From: Nitrosopumilus sp.
Lineage (GTDB): Archaea > Thermoproteota > Nitrososphaeria > Nitrososphaerales > Nitrosopumilaceae
Length of the DNA stretch: 64,000 nt
NCBI GenBank assembly: GCA_965223425.1
Contig: OZ245003.1
Coordinates: 352,001 to 416,000 of the forward strand
Direction of reading: 5' to 3'
A program made the position numbers and the translations under genes. Shown here one piece after another: positions 9,713 through 20,075 of this stretch. Positions within the stretch are counted from its first letter, which is position 1. Every line of letters begins with the position of its first letter. The notes under the pieces were generated by a model. That model did not search any database. It was not told where the DNA came from and saw only the letters and a program-made list of their open reading frames with translations.

Positions 9713-10258
9713 TTGTCATTATCAAAAATAGATTTTACTACTATTGATTACGAATACTACAAAGTGCCAAATACTGATCCATTAGATGATGATTTTAAAT
9801 CTGAAATTCAAGAATTTACAGATTATTACCATAGAGATTCTCTACAAGATATCCGAGAAAAACTTGTTCAAATGTATGTTCTAAAAATAGAAGGTAAGGT
9901 TATGGGCTATGTTACACTGGCAATGACACATATTCGAAATGACGTAACTGAGGCAATCAAAGAAAAAGATGTTAATGGTACTATTCCAGCTCTATTGATA
10001 AGTCACTTAGCTGTACGTGCTGGTCATAATAGACGTGGAATTGGACATGAATTACTTGACATGATATTTAGTAGATTAGTTCCAAAACTAAAAAAATTTG
10101 CTGGATGTAGATACGTAATGTTAAATCCACGAGATGATGCTGGTGTTAGAAAATTCTATGATGATTATGGATTTGATTATGCTGAAAATGCAATGAATGA
10201 TAAAGAATCTGATGCTTTTCTATATGATGTGATTGATATTCCAGATGAAGAAGATTGA
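9713..10258 (+). CDS. GNAT acetyltransferase, AtaT/TacT toxin-like
   Basis: GYVTL, IPALLISHLAV, RRGIGHELL and KFYDDYGF motifs. Confidence 0.8.
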   Translation: MSLSKIDFTTIDYEYYKVPNTDPLDDDFKSEIQEFTDYYHRDSLQDIREKLVQMYVLKIEGKVMGYVTLAMTHIRNDVTEAIKEKDVNGTIPALLISHLAVRAGHNRRGIGHELLDMIFSRLVPKLKKFAGCRYVMLNPRDDAGVRKFYDDYGFDYAENAMNDKESDAFLYDVIDIPDEED

Positions 10259-10703
10259 GGAAACTAATAATTAGAAAATAATTTTATTTTACTGTAACAA
10301 TATCTTTTTTTAAATATTCTATTTTCTTTGTTTCCCAGTCTGAACTCCTCTATGGTACAATCTCAAAACTTATCCCATGATTCATCAAGTATAACTATAA
10401 CCGTACCTTTTTCTTGTTCTAGTTTTTCGGACGTCATAATATTAAATCCAGACTCTTGCACTCCTTCTAAAGACATCTCCGTTAATTCTTTTAGTAGTTC
10501 ATCAGGTAATCTTGTGTGCCCCGATCAAGGAAATTAGATGATAAGAGTAGCTCTGGTTCAAAAAACAGAGCCAGTACTGCAAAGATCAGAAATGCAAACA
10601 AACACACAAGACACACAAAGCCAGTTCAGGAAATTATTTGATTTTGACGCAAAATGCCGTGTAAATTCGCAGAAATTAGAAATCCGTGCGCACTCTTGCG
10701 GTA

Positions 10704-10757
<54 letters not shown>

Positions 10758-10863
10758 GATGATGCACCCAGTATCCAGCAGTTCTGATTGTGCTCCCGGT
10801 CTCCTTGGCACAACAGCCCACAGAATTCCCAGAACGCAATGACTGCAAAGAAAAAAAAACGCG

Positions 10864-11877
10864 TCACAAATCCAGCTTCCCTTTGACGTAGTCAATTGAG
10901 CCAATCGACGTAGGATCAGTCTTGTTGATGACTGCCAGGTAAATTGACGTATAGTCCAGCAGATATATCAGATTAATCAGTTTTGAGATAATATTTCCCT
11001 TAACTGAATGAACCTCCCTAAACGGAATCTGTCTGCTACAAAAAAACTCTTTTAAAATATCCCACCTCTCTTTTGTCTTGGGAAAGTCATCCTCTCCTTG
11101 CAGCAGTATGGGCTGAACGTTTGACGGGGTCTCCCAGGCCATGACTCCGTTGTGACATGCCTCAATCACGTCTTCTGTAATGGCATGCACCTTGGAGTTT
11201 TCCTGCAGCGAGTTCTTGAATCTTGTTGCCGCCGCGTTTAGTCCCGCAGGAAAATAGATCATTGGAATCCCGCTAATCCATTTTGCAAGGCTCAGAGCAT
11301 CGTTTTGATCAGTGAGGTTGCCTGATGAAATTTCCCTGCTTGACTCTTCTAGTCTTCTCAATGACTCGTCAATTTCGTCTTTTTTGATTGGCAGTGCCGG
11401 CTGGAGAACTCTTAGCATTCCATAGAAGAACCCAGGGAATGATGCCCGCGGGGAATGCTCCATCGGTATGCTCCTGTAATCAATCTTGTTTTCCCTGCAA
11501 AAATTCTTCATTTTGCCGTCAGAGGAGAACGCTATAACCTTGCATGGCAGACCTGATGCCGATTTCAATATGCTTAGGGTCTCTGCTGTATTGCCTGAAA
11601 TGCTGGTGGCAACCACAAGCGTATTGGCATCAACAGTCTTTGGAAGAAGGTATCCCTTTACTACAGAGACGTGAATGTTTGTCTTTGATAGGATAGAGGA
11701 GAACATGTCCCCCAGAGTCCCAGAACCCCCCATGCCTGCAAATACGATATTGTCGATTTGGGTATAGTCTACAGGCTCCATTTCTGTAGAGGATGCCTCC
11801 TTTGCAATATGGTGCCAGCTATCATAGACCCGATACATCCTGTTTGAATCGTGCAGTTTCATATCCTCCAGTCTCAT
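10864..11877 (-). CDS. Bifunctional phosphoglucose/phosphomannose isomerase (SIS domain)
   Basis: GMGGSG, SISGNTAETL, LQENSK and EACHN motifs. Confidence 0.9.
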   Translation of the reverse strand: MRLEDMKLHDSNRMYRVYDSWHHIAKEASSTEMEPVDYTQIDNIVFAGMGGSGTLGDMFSSILSKTNIHVSVVKGYLLPKTVDANTLVVATSISGNTAETLSILKSASGLPCKVIAFSSDGKMKNFCRENKIDYRSIPMEHSPRASFPGFFYGMLRVLQPALPIKKDEIDESLRRLEESSREISSGNLTDQNDALSLAKWISGIPMIYFPAGLNAAATRFKNSLQENSKVHAITEDVIEACHNGVMAWETPSNVQPILLQGEDDFPKTKERWDILKEFFCSRQIPFREVHSVKGNIISKLINLIYLLDYTSIYLAVINKTDPTSIGSIDYVKGKLDL

Positions 11878-11959
11878 TTACTTTGGTATGATGATGTGGA
11901 AATATAATAATTGATGGCTTGCTGTTCATTTTAAATATGGTTTTTCTTGAAAAAAATGG

Positions 11960-13015
11960 ATGGGTGAAATTGAGGCTCATTTCCCGCTTAGAACTGTGGA
12001 ATGGAGAGATAACAAGGTCCGAATGATTGATCAGACCAGGCTGCCCAACGAGCTTGTATTTGCAGAGTATGATGACTTTAACCAAGTTGCCGATGCAATC
12101 AGAACCCTTGTTGTTAGGGGCGCCCCTGCCATTGGAGTGTCAGGGGCATTTGGATTGGCATTGGCTGTTTTACAGAGCAAGGCAACAACAAAGGAGGAGC
12201 TGATTTCAAGTTTGGAGGATGCAAGAAACGTTCTCTTTGCAACCAGGCCGACTGCCGTAAACCTGGGCTGGGGATTGGAAAAAATTATGAATGTTGCAAA
12301 GACCGGAGATACAGTCGAGCAGATCAAAGAACTAGTTGTTTCTGCTGCCAAAAAAATGGCAGATGAGGACGTTGATATTAACCGGGCCATGGGAAAAAAC
12401 GGGTCTGCCCTTTTTGATGATGATGACACTGTTATGACCCATTGCAACGCCGGCGCTTTAGCTACTGTAGCATATGGGACTGCGTTGGGTGTGATTAGGG
12501 CAACCAGAGAAAGCGGAAAAAACATCAAGGTGATAGCCACTGAGACAAGGCCAATCCAACAGGGCTCCAGACTGACGGCATTTGAGCTAAAGCATGATGG
12601 GTTTGATGTCAGTCTGATTCCAGACACTGCAGTAGGGTATTCAATGGCAAACAGCCTAGTTGACAAGGTTGTCGTAGGTGCAGATAGAATCGTAAAGACA
12701 GGCCATGTATTTAACAAAGTTGGAACATACCAGATAGCTACCATGGCCAAACAACACGGAATCCCATTTTATGTCGCAGCGCCATTATCCACAATTGACC
12801 TGGAAACAAAGGCCGAAGATGTCATCATAGAGATGCGCAAAGGGAGCGAAGTTACCGGAATCGGCGATAAAAAGACTGCACCTGATGGCGTTGACGTGAT
12901 TAATCCCGCATTTGACATGACTCCGCCGGAATTAGTCTCAGGAATTATTACAGAAAAGGGCGTGGCTACTGCCCCGTATGGGGAGTCCATTCCAAAATTA
13001 TTTGAAGCTAATTAA
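11960..13015 (+). CDS. mtnA: Methylthioribose-1-phosphate isomerase (eIF2B-like family)
   Basis: VRGAPAIG, TRPTAVNL, THCNAGALAT, ETRP..QGSRLT and NPAFD motifs. Confidence 0.9.
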   Translation: MGEIEAHFPLRTVEWRDNKVRMIDQTRLPNELVFAEYDDFNQVADAIRTLVVRGAPAIGVSGAFGLALAVLQSKATTKEELISSLEDARNVLFATRPTAVNLGWGLEKIMNVAKTGDTVEQIKELVVSAAKKMADEDVDINRAMGKNGSALFDDDDTVMTHCNAGALATVAYGTALGVIRATRESGKNIKVIATETRPIQQGSRLTAFELKHDGFDVSLIPDTAVGYSMANSLVDKVVVGADRIVKTGHVFNKVGTYQIATMAKQHGIPFYVAAPLSTIDLETKAEDVIIEMRKGSEVTGIGDKKTAPDGVDVINPAFDMTPPELVSGIITEKGVATAPYGESIPKLFEAN

Positions 13016-13054
13016 TAGAAAGTTTTTATTGTTTTTCAAACTGCATTTTACAAT

Positions 13055-13696
13055 ATGAGTACCGTTTCTGCCCAGGCAATTGAGGATTCTTTAAAGCAGT
13101 GCATGGATCCTGAGGTTCCGCTAAACATTGTAGAGATGGGGCTAATCTATGGGATTGACGTTGCAGAAAACAACGACGTCAACATCAAAATGACAATGAC
13201 TACGCAGGGGTGCCCACTGCATGAAACTTTGGTTTCAGATGCAACACGATTTGTCAAAAAAGTCCCAGGGGTAAACAATGTCAACGTAGAGATTGTATGG
13301 GATCCCCCATGGTCAATGGATAAAATGTCTAAAGAGGCAAAAATTAAAATCAAAAACATGGGCGCCGGCATGAATACCCCCGCACCAATTAACTATGAAA
13401 CTGCATTGCCCCAAGGGGTCGGTAAGCTAGTCCAACAAGAAGATGGCTCCATGGTACTGGCAAATGAGCATGATCAGGGTTTTATGGTAAACCAGGCAAT
13501 TGTTGACTTTTGGAAGTCTTGCAACGGAGAACGCAAAGTAACTGATCTCGTGGAGGTATTTGCACAACAGACGGGACTGCAAAGAAACCAGGTGGAAAAA
13601 GAAGTCATGCAACTGCTGCAACAACTGCGTGATGGCGGACTGGTTGCAATTGCAGGCCAACGGCCTGATACGCCAAATGTTGAATTTAAAAAATAA
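13055..13696 (+). CDS. DUF59 Fe-S assembly domain fused to a PqqD-like domain
   Basis: DPEVPLNIVEMGLIY...TTQGCP...VWDPPWS; C-terminal FWKSCNGERKV..L..L..GL. Confidence 0.8.
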   Translation: MSTVSAQAIEDSLKQCMDPEVPLNIVEMGLIYGIDVAENNDVNIKMTMTTQGCPLHETLVSDATRFVKKVPGVNNVNVEIVWDPPWSMDKMSKEAKIKIKNMGAGMNTPAPINYETALPQGVGKLVQQEDGSMVLANEHDQGFMVNQAIVDFWKSCNGERKVTDLVEVFAQQTGLQRNQVEKEVMQLLQQLRDGGLVAIAGQRPDTPNVEFKK

Positions 13697-13703
13697 TTTT
13701 AAC

Positions 13704-14099
13704 CTAATCCCGTCTGGGACTGCCAGCCCTCTTCTTCTTTGCTTTGGGCCTGCCCACTTTGCGTTCTTTTCTGATTACCTTTGTTTTTTCTTTAAAATCC
13801 ATTCCTTTTTCAAAAAATTCCCATATCAGGATTTTTACCATCTTTGAAATTTTCTGTTCAATGTTTCGCTGATATTCAGGACTGTTGAAAATTTCACCCA
13901 AATTCCTTCCACCAACTGTAATGTCTTTTTCTTCCAAGGCATCTGCAACTAACTCTTTTGCCAAAGTTAGCCCTACGTAGAACTTTACCCCTGAGCGAAT
14001 GATTTCATTATAACTTAATCCATACTGCTCTTTGATTCTCTCAATCTCGTCAAACTCGTCATCAGGAAACCTGGCTCGAAGGGTATTCCATTCTGTCAT
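13704..14099 (-). CDS. Hypothetical protein, N-terminal RHH-like
   Basis: 131-aa ORF with a strand-helix-helix pattern and a basic tail. Confidence 0.65.
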   Translation of the reverse strand: MTEWNTLRARFPDDEFDEIERIKEQYGLSYNEIIRSGVKFYVGLTLAKELVADALEEKDITVGGRNLGEIFNSPEYQRNIEQKISKMVKILIWEFFEKGMDFKEKTKVIRKERKVGRPKAKKKRAGSPRRD

Positions 14100-14149
14100 G
14101 TTTTACAAGTACTACCTATCCTAATAACTTCTTAGAACCCCCCCTGTTT

Positions 14150-14797
14150 TTAGAATATGTGATTTGAATTTGCACCATCAAAGTTTATTGTAACCCCTGA
14201 CAGATACTTTATCTTATTTTCGACAATTGATTTTACAAAGTTTCCAATCTCTTTTGGATCTCCCAGTCTTTTCATGGGAAGCGATTTTTTGAACTCCTCC
14301 ATGTCTTCTACTAGTTCCCGAGTTCTGTCTGTGTTGATGGGACCTGGCGCAATGTTGATGCAACTGATGTTTTTTTGGGCATACTCTTTGCTCAAAATTT
14401 TAAAAACCTCACTGAATGCTGCACGGTATGCTGAGGAGATGATTAGTTTAGCACTTGGTTCCTTAATCACATTTGAGCTGATCAAAAAGATGTATCCCCC
14501 ATCGTTGATTCTGATGTTCTGCAAAACAGTGCAAAACCCCAAAAACAGCTGGTTGTGATATAGCTTCCAGTCCTCCTCGGTAATGGCTGCAAACTGCTTT
14601 GGGGCAGGACCCCCTGTATTTAGAACTAGAATGTCTGTTTGGCTGTGTTCATCCAGGAACTTTCTAACGCTGCTTAGATCTGATGTATCAATGTCGTTTT
14701 TAGAGGCTGCAAAAACATCAATGCCTGTGGATTTTAGTGACTCTGAAATTGCTTTTCCTATTCCCCTTGAACCGCCAAGAACAATTGCGTCAGTCAT
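14150..14797 (-). CDS. Short-chain dehydrogenase/reductase
   Basis: GGSRGIG, NTGGP, APGPINT and PMKRLG motifs. Confidence 0.9.
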   Translation of the reverse strand: MTDAIVLGGSRGIGKAISESLKSTGIDVFAASKNDIDTSDLSSVRKFLDEHSQTDILVLNTGGPAPKQFAAITEEDWKLYHNQLFLGFCTVLQNIRINDGGYIFLISSNVIKEPSAKLIISSAYRAAFSEVFKILSKEYAQKNISCINIAPGPINTDRTRELVEDMEEFKKSLPMKRLGDPKEIGNFVKSIVENKIKYLSGVTINFDGANSNHIF

Positions 14798-15928
14798 GCA
14801 ATTTTTAAAACGTTGCTTGATAATTAGATTTCTCTAGTACACAAATACTTTTTATTAAAACAAAAAATATCTCATATTATCTTGAAAAACCCTGCAGAAA
14901 AGCCTTAGAAAGGCACTCACACGAGAGAATCTAGAAAAACTCTACAGTAAAAACAAGTCTTCAGATCCCGTGTCATAACATCGGTGCTAATGGTTCTGGT
15001 AGATTTTAGTGATCCGTGACACAAAACGCAAAATGTTGATCCTCTCTAAAATCAAAGGTTACCATTATGTGTCAGGCGCACATGTAAGGAAGATCAAATT
15101 TCCGTCTTTTGTACCCTGCTGTTAAATTATGGTGATCTAGATGGGATTGTTGCCTAATTGTGCTTTATTGTCAGATTCATGATCCTCTGTCTCTCTGTAG
15201 ATACAGAACAAAGTCGAAGAATGAACAAGATTACTTGTAAACATGAATTACGCAACAACCCCGATCTAGATCCTAAAATATGCCAAAACCGCCGGGTCAG
15301 TATCGCATGGCAGTTTGAACACATGATAACCACCTCGTCGTAGTTGTAGTGATGGATCGACCCCTGTATGCATATGGGTCTTACGCCCTTGAGTTTGAAT
15401 GCATAACACGCCTAAGCCAGTCAAAAGTTGGGCAAGTTTCGTGCCTAGGATCCAAGTTATGCAACAAACTATCGCATGGAACCATTTGGGATTTGTTCTG
15501 GCATCAAAAGTCCCGATGATCCATGAATATCAGGACGTGTTTTTTGAGCACAGCATAAACCAGTATATTTTCAGTTGGAACCCTCTGCCTGATCTCGTCG
15601 TTTATTTTTCGCGGACATCTGTTCACTATGGAATAATGTGTGATGATTTCAGATGTGACTAGCGCAACCGTCTGCATTATTGCCTTGTACGTGTCATGGT
15701 GCACTGTTTTCATGTATTTTTCAAATACGCTGTTAAAGTGAACGTGAATTACTGGTGCCACGAAGAAAAATGATGAATTTGTTTATTTAACCTTGGTGGA
15801 TTTTGCGTATTTTGCAAATATTGCGTCGTCTTCCTTGCCCCAGTCAGGAGTTGGTTTTAGTTTTTTTCCTGCCATTGTCTCTCATTGCATCTTTATGATA
15901 ATTATGTGTTTCATCCGACACAGCATAG

Positions 15929-16221
15929 TGTAATATATGGAAAGTCGGTCCGCTAGTCATCGGTGTCCCTCTCCATCCATTTTGGGTTGCTTTTTCTGAT
16001 CGCTTCGGTAGCCGTTTTGTTGTGAAACGCCTCAAGCGGCTTTTCATAGTTGTCAATATCCAGCGCCCAGTGAAGCCGCCTCTCGTTGTAATAGTCGACA
16101 TACTCCTGCACCCCCTTGCGGTGAACCAGCTCCTTCTCAAGCGCCTGGAAGAACCTCTTCAGCTTGCCGTTTGTCTGAGGATGGTACGGCCTGGAGTTTA
16201 TCAGGCCGATGCCCTGCTCTA
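15929..16221 (-). pseudogene. IS481-family transposase C-terminal remnant, cut by IS630
   Basis: SRPYHPQTNGKLKRFF...YYNERRLHWAL integrase-core end. Confidence 0.8.
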
Positions 16222-17366
16222 TAGTAAGTACATAAAAAACCTGAACCATTTTGACAATTATTTTTGGCCAAAAGATCCAAGACCGGCCATACCGCACACA
16301 CTGCATGTACAAACAAAAAAAGAGACAGGTTGCAAGGGGGGCAAAATTTCTGCCAAACACCGGCGTTGCAGACCTCAAAAAGGCATACAAAAAAGAGACC
16401 GATCCCAGAAGGCGCGACAGGCTGCTTGCGTACATGCAGCGCAAGGACGGCGTGCCGCTAGACAGGATTGGAAGGATGCTGGGAAGGCCCAGGTCCACCA
16501 TATCTGCATGGCTCAACCGCGCACAGGAAGAGGGAATGCGTGCAAGATTCGAGCGCAGCGGCAGGGGACGAAAGCACCTGCTAAACGGGCCGCAGGCAGG
16601 ACAGCTTGCAGCAGACCTGGATGCGGGGCCAGAATCATGCGGCTTTGAGAGCAGCCTGTGGGACTCCAACCTGGTAAGGCTGCACATCAAGCGAAAGTTC
16701 GGCGTGCAGTACAGCAAAACAGGCGCGCTGCAGCTGATCAGGGAGATGGGCTTTTCGTGGAGCAAGGCGCGTCCAAAAAACCCAAGATCAGCCTCAAAAA
16801 GAAAGCAAAAAGAGTTTCAGGGGCGAGCAAAAAAACTCGTTGCAGAAAAGTCGGCGCAGGGATACACCGTACTGGCCGGCGATGCATCCTCGATTGAAAA
16901 GGCACCAAACAGGCCCGGCTACGGGTGGAGAAGGCGCGGCAAGCGCGCCACATCCCCATCTTTTTTGTCACGCGAAAGAAGATACATCTTTGGAGCTTTG
17001 GCGGCAAGCGCATTTTACTTTATGTTTTATGAAAAGCCAGACAGCGACGGCTTTTGCAGCTTTTTGGAACGGGTTCACAAAAGATTCGGCAAGGTGGTGC
17101 TGCTGTTTGTAGACAATGCGTCATATCACAAATCCAAAAAGGTAAAAGAGTTTCTGGAAAGATACAACGGCGAGATAGTTCTGGAGTACCTGCTGCCGTA
17201 CACGCCGGAGCTTAATCCCATTGAGATGCAGTGGAGGGTGATAAAACGGGTACTGTCTGCAAAGGTGTTTGGCACGCTAGATGAGATGGAGCAGTCAGTA
17301 CGCACGCTGTTTGCCAGAAAGGAGATCCTGCCTGTGAAAATGTTCAATTATTTAATGTGCTAACTA
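16222..17366 (+). mobile_element. IS630-family element
   Basis: TA-flanked imperfect TIRs: TAGTAAGTACATAAAAAACCTGAAC vs reverse complement TAGTTAGCACATTAAATAATTGAAC. Confidence 0.8.
16305..17363 (+). CDS. IS630-family transposase
   Basis: HTH and winged HTH; GDAS, VDNASYH and LPYTPELNPIEMQW motifs. Confidence 0.9.
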   Translation: MYKQKKRQVARGAKFLPNTGVADLKKAYKKETDPRRRDRLLAYMQRKDGVPLDRIGRMLGRPRSTISAWLNRAQEEGMRARFERSGRGRKHLLNGPQAGQLAADLDAGPESCGFESSLWDSNLVRLHIKRKFGVQYSKTGALQLIREMGFSWSKARPKNPRSASKRKQKEFQGRAKKLVAEKSAQGYTVLAGDASSIEKAPNRPGYGWRRRGKRATSPSFLSRERRYIFGALAASAFYFMFYEKPDSDGFCSFLERVHKRFGKVVLLFVDNASYHKSKKVKEFLERYNGEIVLEYLLPYTPELNPIEMQWRVIKRVLSAKVFGTLDEMEQSVRTLFARKEILPVKMFNYLMC

Positions 17367-17827
17367 CACCAAGATCATCTTTTGTTTCCTGAATGGCAAC
17401 AACATCAAATTTTTTGTAACAGCTCGAGTTTCTGAAGTGCCGTGCCTAAATTGGATGTAAAATCTGTGATTTTGATGTGTTTTACGCATGCAACTTCATA
17501 AACTCGATCAGTTACAATTTTTTGCATATTTCGCTAATGTATCGAATAGCCTTGTCTGACTTGTTTTTGTTCAGGTTACGGATGTTCCATGTGAGAAGAT
17601 GAAAGCGGTTAGAATGTAGTGGAGGTATCCTTTCATCTTTAATTCTAGAACGTAAATTCCTTAGCTCACTATTCATTAAAGACATTCATGAATCACCAAT
17701 GCATAAATAATAAAAATTTTTTGTTCACGCAAAAATCACGGAACATATGATCGAAATCACCCAATTTGGACAGCACCAAATTTAATATTAATTCATATAG
17801 AATAATTTTAACATAAAAGCGATCAAG

Positions 17828-18283
17828 ATGGAGAATGCAGGAAAACTAGGAGTGATTGTGGTAGTTGGGATCATTCCAGTCTTATTATTTTTGGCAACAG
17901 TTGGAATAGAAATTGAGATCAATTCTAAACTTAGTTGGATCATGGTTTCAATTTCTATTTCAAGTGCGTTAAGCATACCTTTTGTTTATGACCACATTAA
18001 ACAGAATAGAAAGAAGAATAACGCTAAGAAGTTTATTAAAAAACATAGAGACTCAATTGACCATATCAGAAAAAATGATACGGATTTAGAAATGATCTTA
18101 AACCAAATTGTAGAAGACCTTGAAAATATAGAACCATACATAAGAGAAGCTTATAATGAATTTGATTACACAGCATACATTAGAAAAATATCATTCATTA
18201 AAAAATCAAGAAACAAAAACAAACTAGAGGAATATTACAAGTTAATAAAATTAGAAACAGAGGATTTAGTAAGGCATTATTAA
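17828..18283 (+). CDS. Hypothetical membrane protein (AT-rich)
   Basis: 2 N-terminal TM segments followed by a charged helical domain. Confidence 0.6.
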   Translation: MENAGKLGVIVVVGIIPVLLFLATVGIEIEINSKLSWIMVSISISSALSIPFVYDHIKQNRKKNNAKKFIKKHRDSIDHIRKNDTDLEMILNQIVEDLENIEPYIREAYNEFDYTAYIRKISFIKKSRNKNKLEEYYKLIKLETEDLVRHY

Positions 18284-18496
18284 TTTCCAACAAACTTCAT
18301 GTTCACAAGAAGCAAGTTTAGAAGCGATTTGACCTTTACGAAACAACATAAAATAAGCAGAATCAGGAACATAACAATTCACAGTATCTCCAGAAGTATG
18401 ACCTGCAAATTTGTAAAATCCATCCACCTTAAAGACTTGCCCGCTTTTGATTATTTCTTCTTCTGTATGGTTTTCTATTGGATTTTGCAAACTCAA
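18266..18496 (-). CDS. Small hypothetical protein (YjzC-like pattern)
   Basis: GQ...DGFY...KGQ...C...W pattern. Confidence 0.5.
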   Translation of the reverse strand: MSLQNPIENHTEEEIIKSGQVFKVDGFYKFAGHTSGDTVNCYVPDSAYFMLFRKGQIASKLASCEHEVCWKLIMPY

Positions 18497-18541
18497 CTTA
18501 TCTCACTAATTTAGTAGGGTTATTAACTTTTTATTGTTTCG

Positions 18542-18802
18542 ATGATGTGCCAGCACCTTCCGCATATGTTTACGTTTGTCCAGTACGCCGGGGTGGAGCC
18601 TACTAACAACGCGTCGGAGAGGGCGCTGCGCTATCTGGTGGTGTTCCGGAAGATAAGCGGGCAGGCCAAGGGCGGCAGCAAGGCCATGAAGCGCCTTGGA
18701 GATTTTGTAAGCTGCGTCCTGACGTGGCAGAATCACGGCAAGAGCGTGGCGCAAGAGGTACAGAAAATGGTAGTCAACTGTTTAGAGTTTATGATAAATT
18801 GA
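18542..18802 (+). pseudogene. IS66 transposase C-terminal fragment
   Basis: GVEPTNNASERALRYLVVFRKISG. Confidence 0.85.
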
Positions 18803-18819
18803 TGCTGTAACATTTGTAG

Positions 18820-19185
18820 GGTATCTAAGAGTTACATTGGAAATATGGCAAGATTGCAATCATGCTGGATAGAGCACCAGTTCACAAATCAAAGAAAGTT
18901 AAGGAATATCTTACAAATAATAGAGATGTCAAACTAATCTGGTTGCCAAAGGGATCGTCTTATCTAAACATGATAGAGCAGTGCTGGAAGACAAGCAAGT
19001 ATGCATTGTTAGTATCAGAATATTATACAATGTTTGCAATAATGAACAAAGCAGTCTCTGAATATTATACAATGTTTGCAATAATGAACAAAGCAGTCTC
19101 TGAATATTTTAGAGTGACACAGTTCAAGCTTGATGTTGCAAATTATATTTTTAGAAATCCTGCAAAGATGTTCACGAACTTTTGA
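18820..19185 (+). pseudogene. IS630 transposase C-terminal fragment with a 42-bp tandem duplication (19018..19101)
   Basis: LDRAPVH...LPKGSSYLNMIEQCW; EYYTMFAIMNKAVS occurs twice. Confidence 0.8.
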
Positions 19186-19200
19186 TCGTCGCTATATCAG

Positions 19201-19301
19201 TAGACCTTATGCATAATCGATCAAACTAATATTGCGAGATGATTTTTGCCTTAGTAAACCAATTTGATTTTGAATTTTTAGTCGATTACGCATAAGGTCT
19301 A
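19201..19301. mobile_element. 101-bp MITE
   Basis: 20-bp TIR TAGACCTTATGCATAATCGA / TCGATTACGCATAAGGTCTA (1 mismatch); no ORF. Confidence 0.75.
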
Positions 19302-19330
19302 GTATAACAAACTACAATTTTCCATTCATG

Positions 19331-19566
19331 TTATTTGACAAGTCCATTGTCATAATCACTAATGAATTCATCCCTATCAATCATAATTTCACCCAACAAT
19401 CCTAAGAGCGTTCCAATTTTGAGCGTATTGTTTCCTGCAGGAACAGTTATGAATATGCTGTCTTTTCTCAGCCTTACATGACTCCCTTTCTGCCTTAATA
19501 TGATAAACCTTTTTTGGTAACATATTTTATCATCGTATTACCTGAGATTCTAGGAATCTTAGTCAT
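19331..19566 (-). pseudogene. hicA: HicA-family toxin, 1-nt frameshift
   Basis: MTKIPRISG...KKG / FIILRQKGSHVRL...ITVP...LKIGTL; overlaps the hicB stop (ATGA). Confidence 0.8.
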
Positions 19567-19781
19567 TTGTGATTCTGAACAATCAACATATTAAAATCAG
19601 TTATACCATCATCATCTTCTACTGACACTTCTACTGCTTCTTTCATATTTTCCATAATTTCTCCATATGTCTCGCCTTGTGAATAAGCATGTAGCTCATC
19701 ACATTTGCCTACAAAACCGCCATCAACTTTATCAGGTGTTATGATAATGGTGTATGTCTTTTTCTGTATTGTAGAACTCAT
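19563..19781 (-). CDS. hicB: HicB-family antitoxin
   Basis: YTIII..D..DGGF...C.EL.AYSQGET..E..ENMKEA. Confidence 0.85.
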   Translation of the reverse strand: MSSTIQKKTYTIIITPDKVDGGFVGKCDELHAYSQGETYGEIMENMKEAVEVSVEDDDGITDFNMLIVQNHK

Positions 19782-20075
19782 GATGTAACATTGTTGTAAA
19801 AAGTATTAAAAGTATTACTAGTCTCATGCGTAGTTAGGTCATTAGAATCAGATCACACCCAAGACAATAATCCCTGATCAAGGAATCTAAGATCTGGCAG
19901 AACCGTACCGCTCCATGAAAGAATCAGCAATACCTGCAGGAAGCGACTTTCTGTCAAACACCCGCGCATGTCATACCTGCGACAGGCCCAGAGAGTGGAG
20001 GCAACCCCCAAGGCTGCGGCCAAACTGCCTTGGTTTTAGGTCACATTCTGGCAGGATCAATAGATTTTTAAAAAT

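Noticed and set aside
14860-15850. Possible degraded transposase or ncRNA
   Set aside because: Only short broken frames with no diagnostic motif that could be assigned.
15953-16765. 270-aa minus-strand ORF
   Set aside because: Chimera of IS630 antisense sequence and the IS481 C-terminus.
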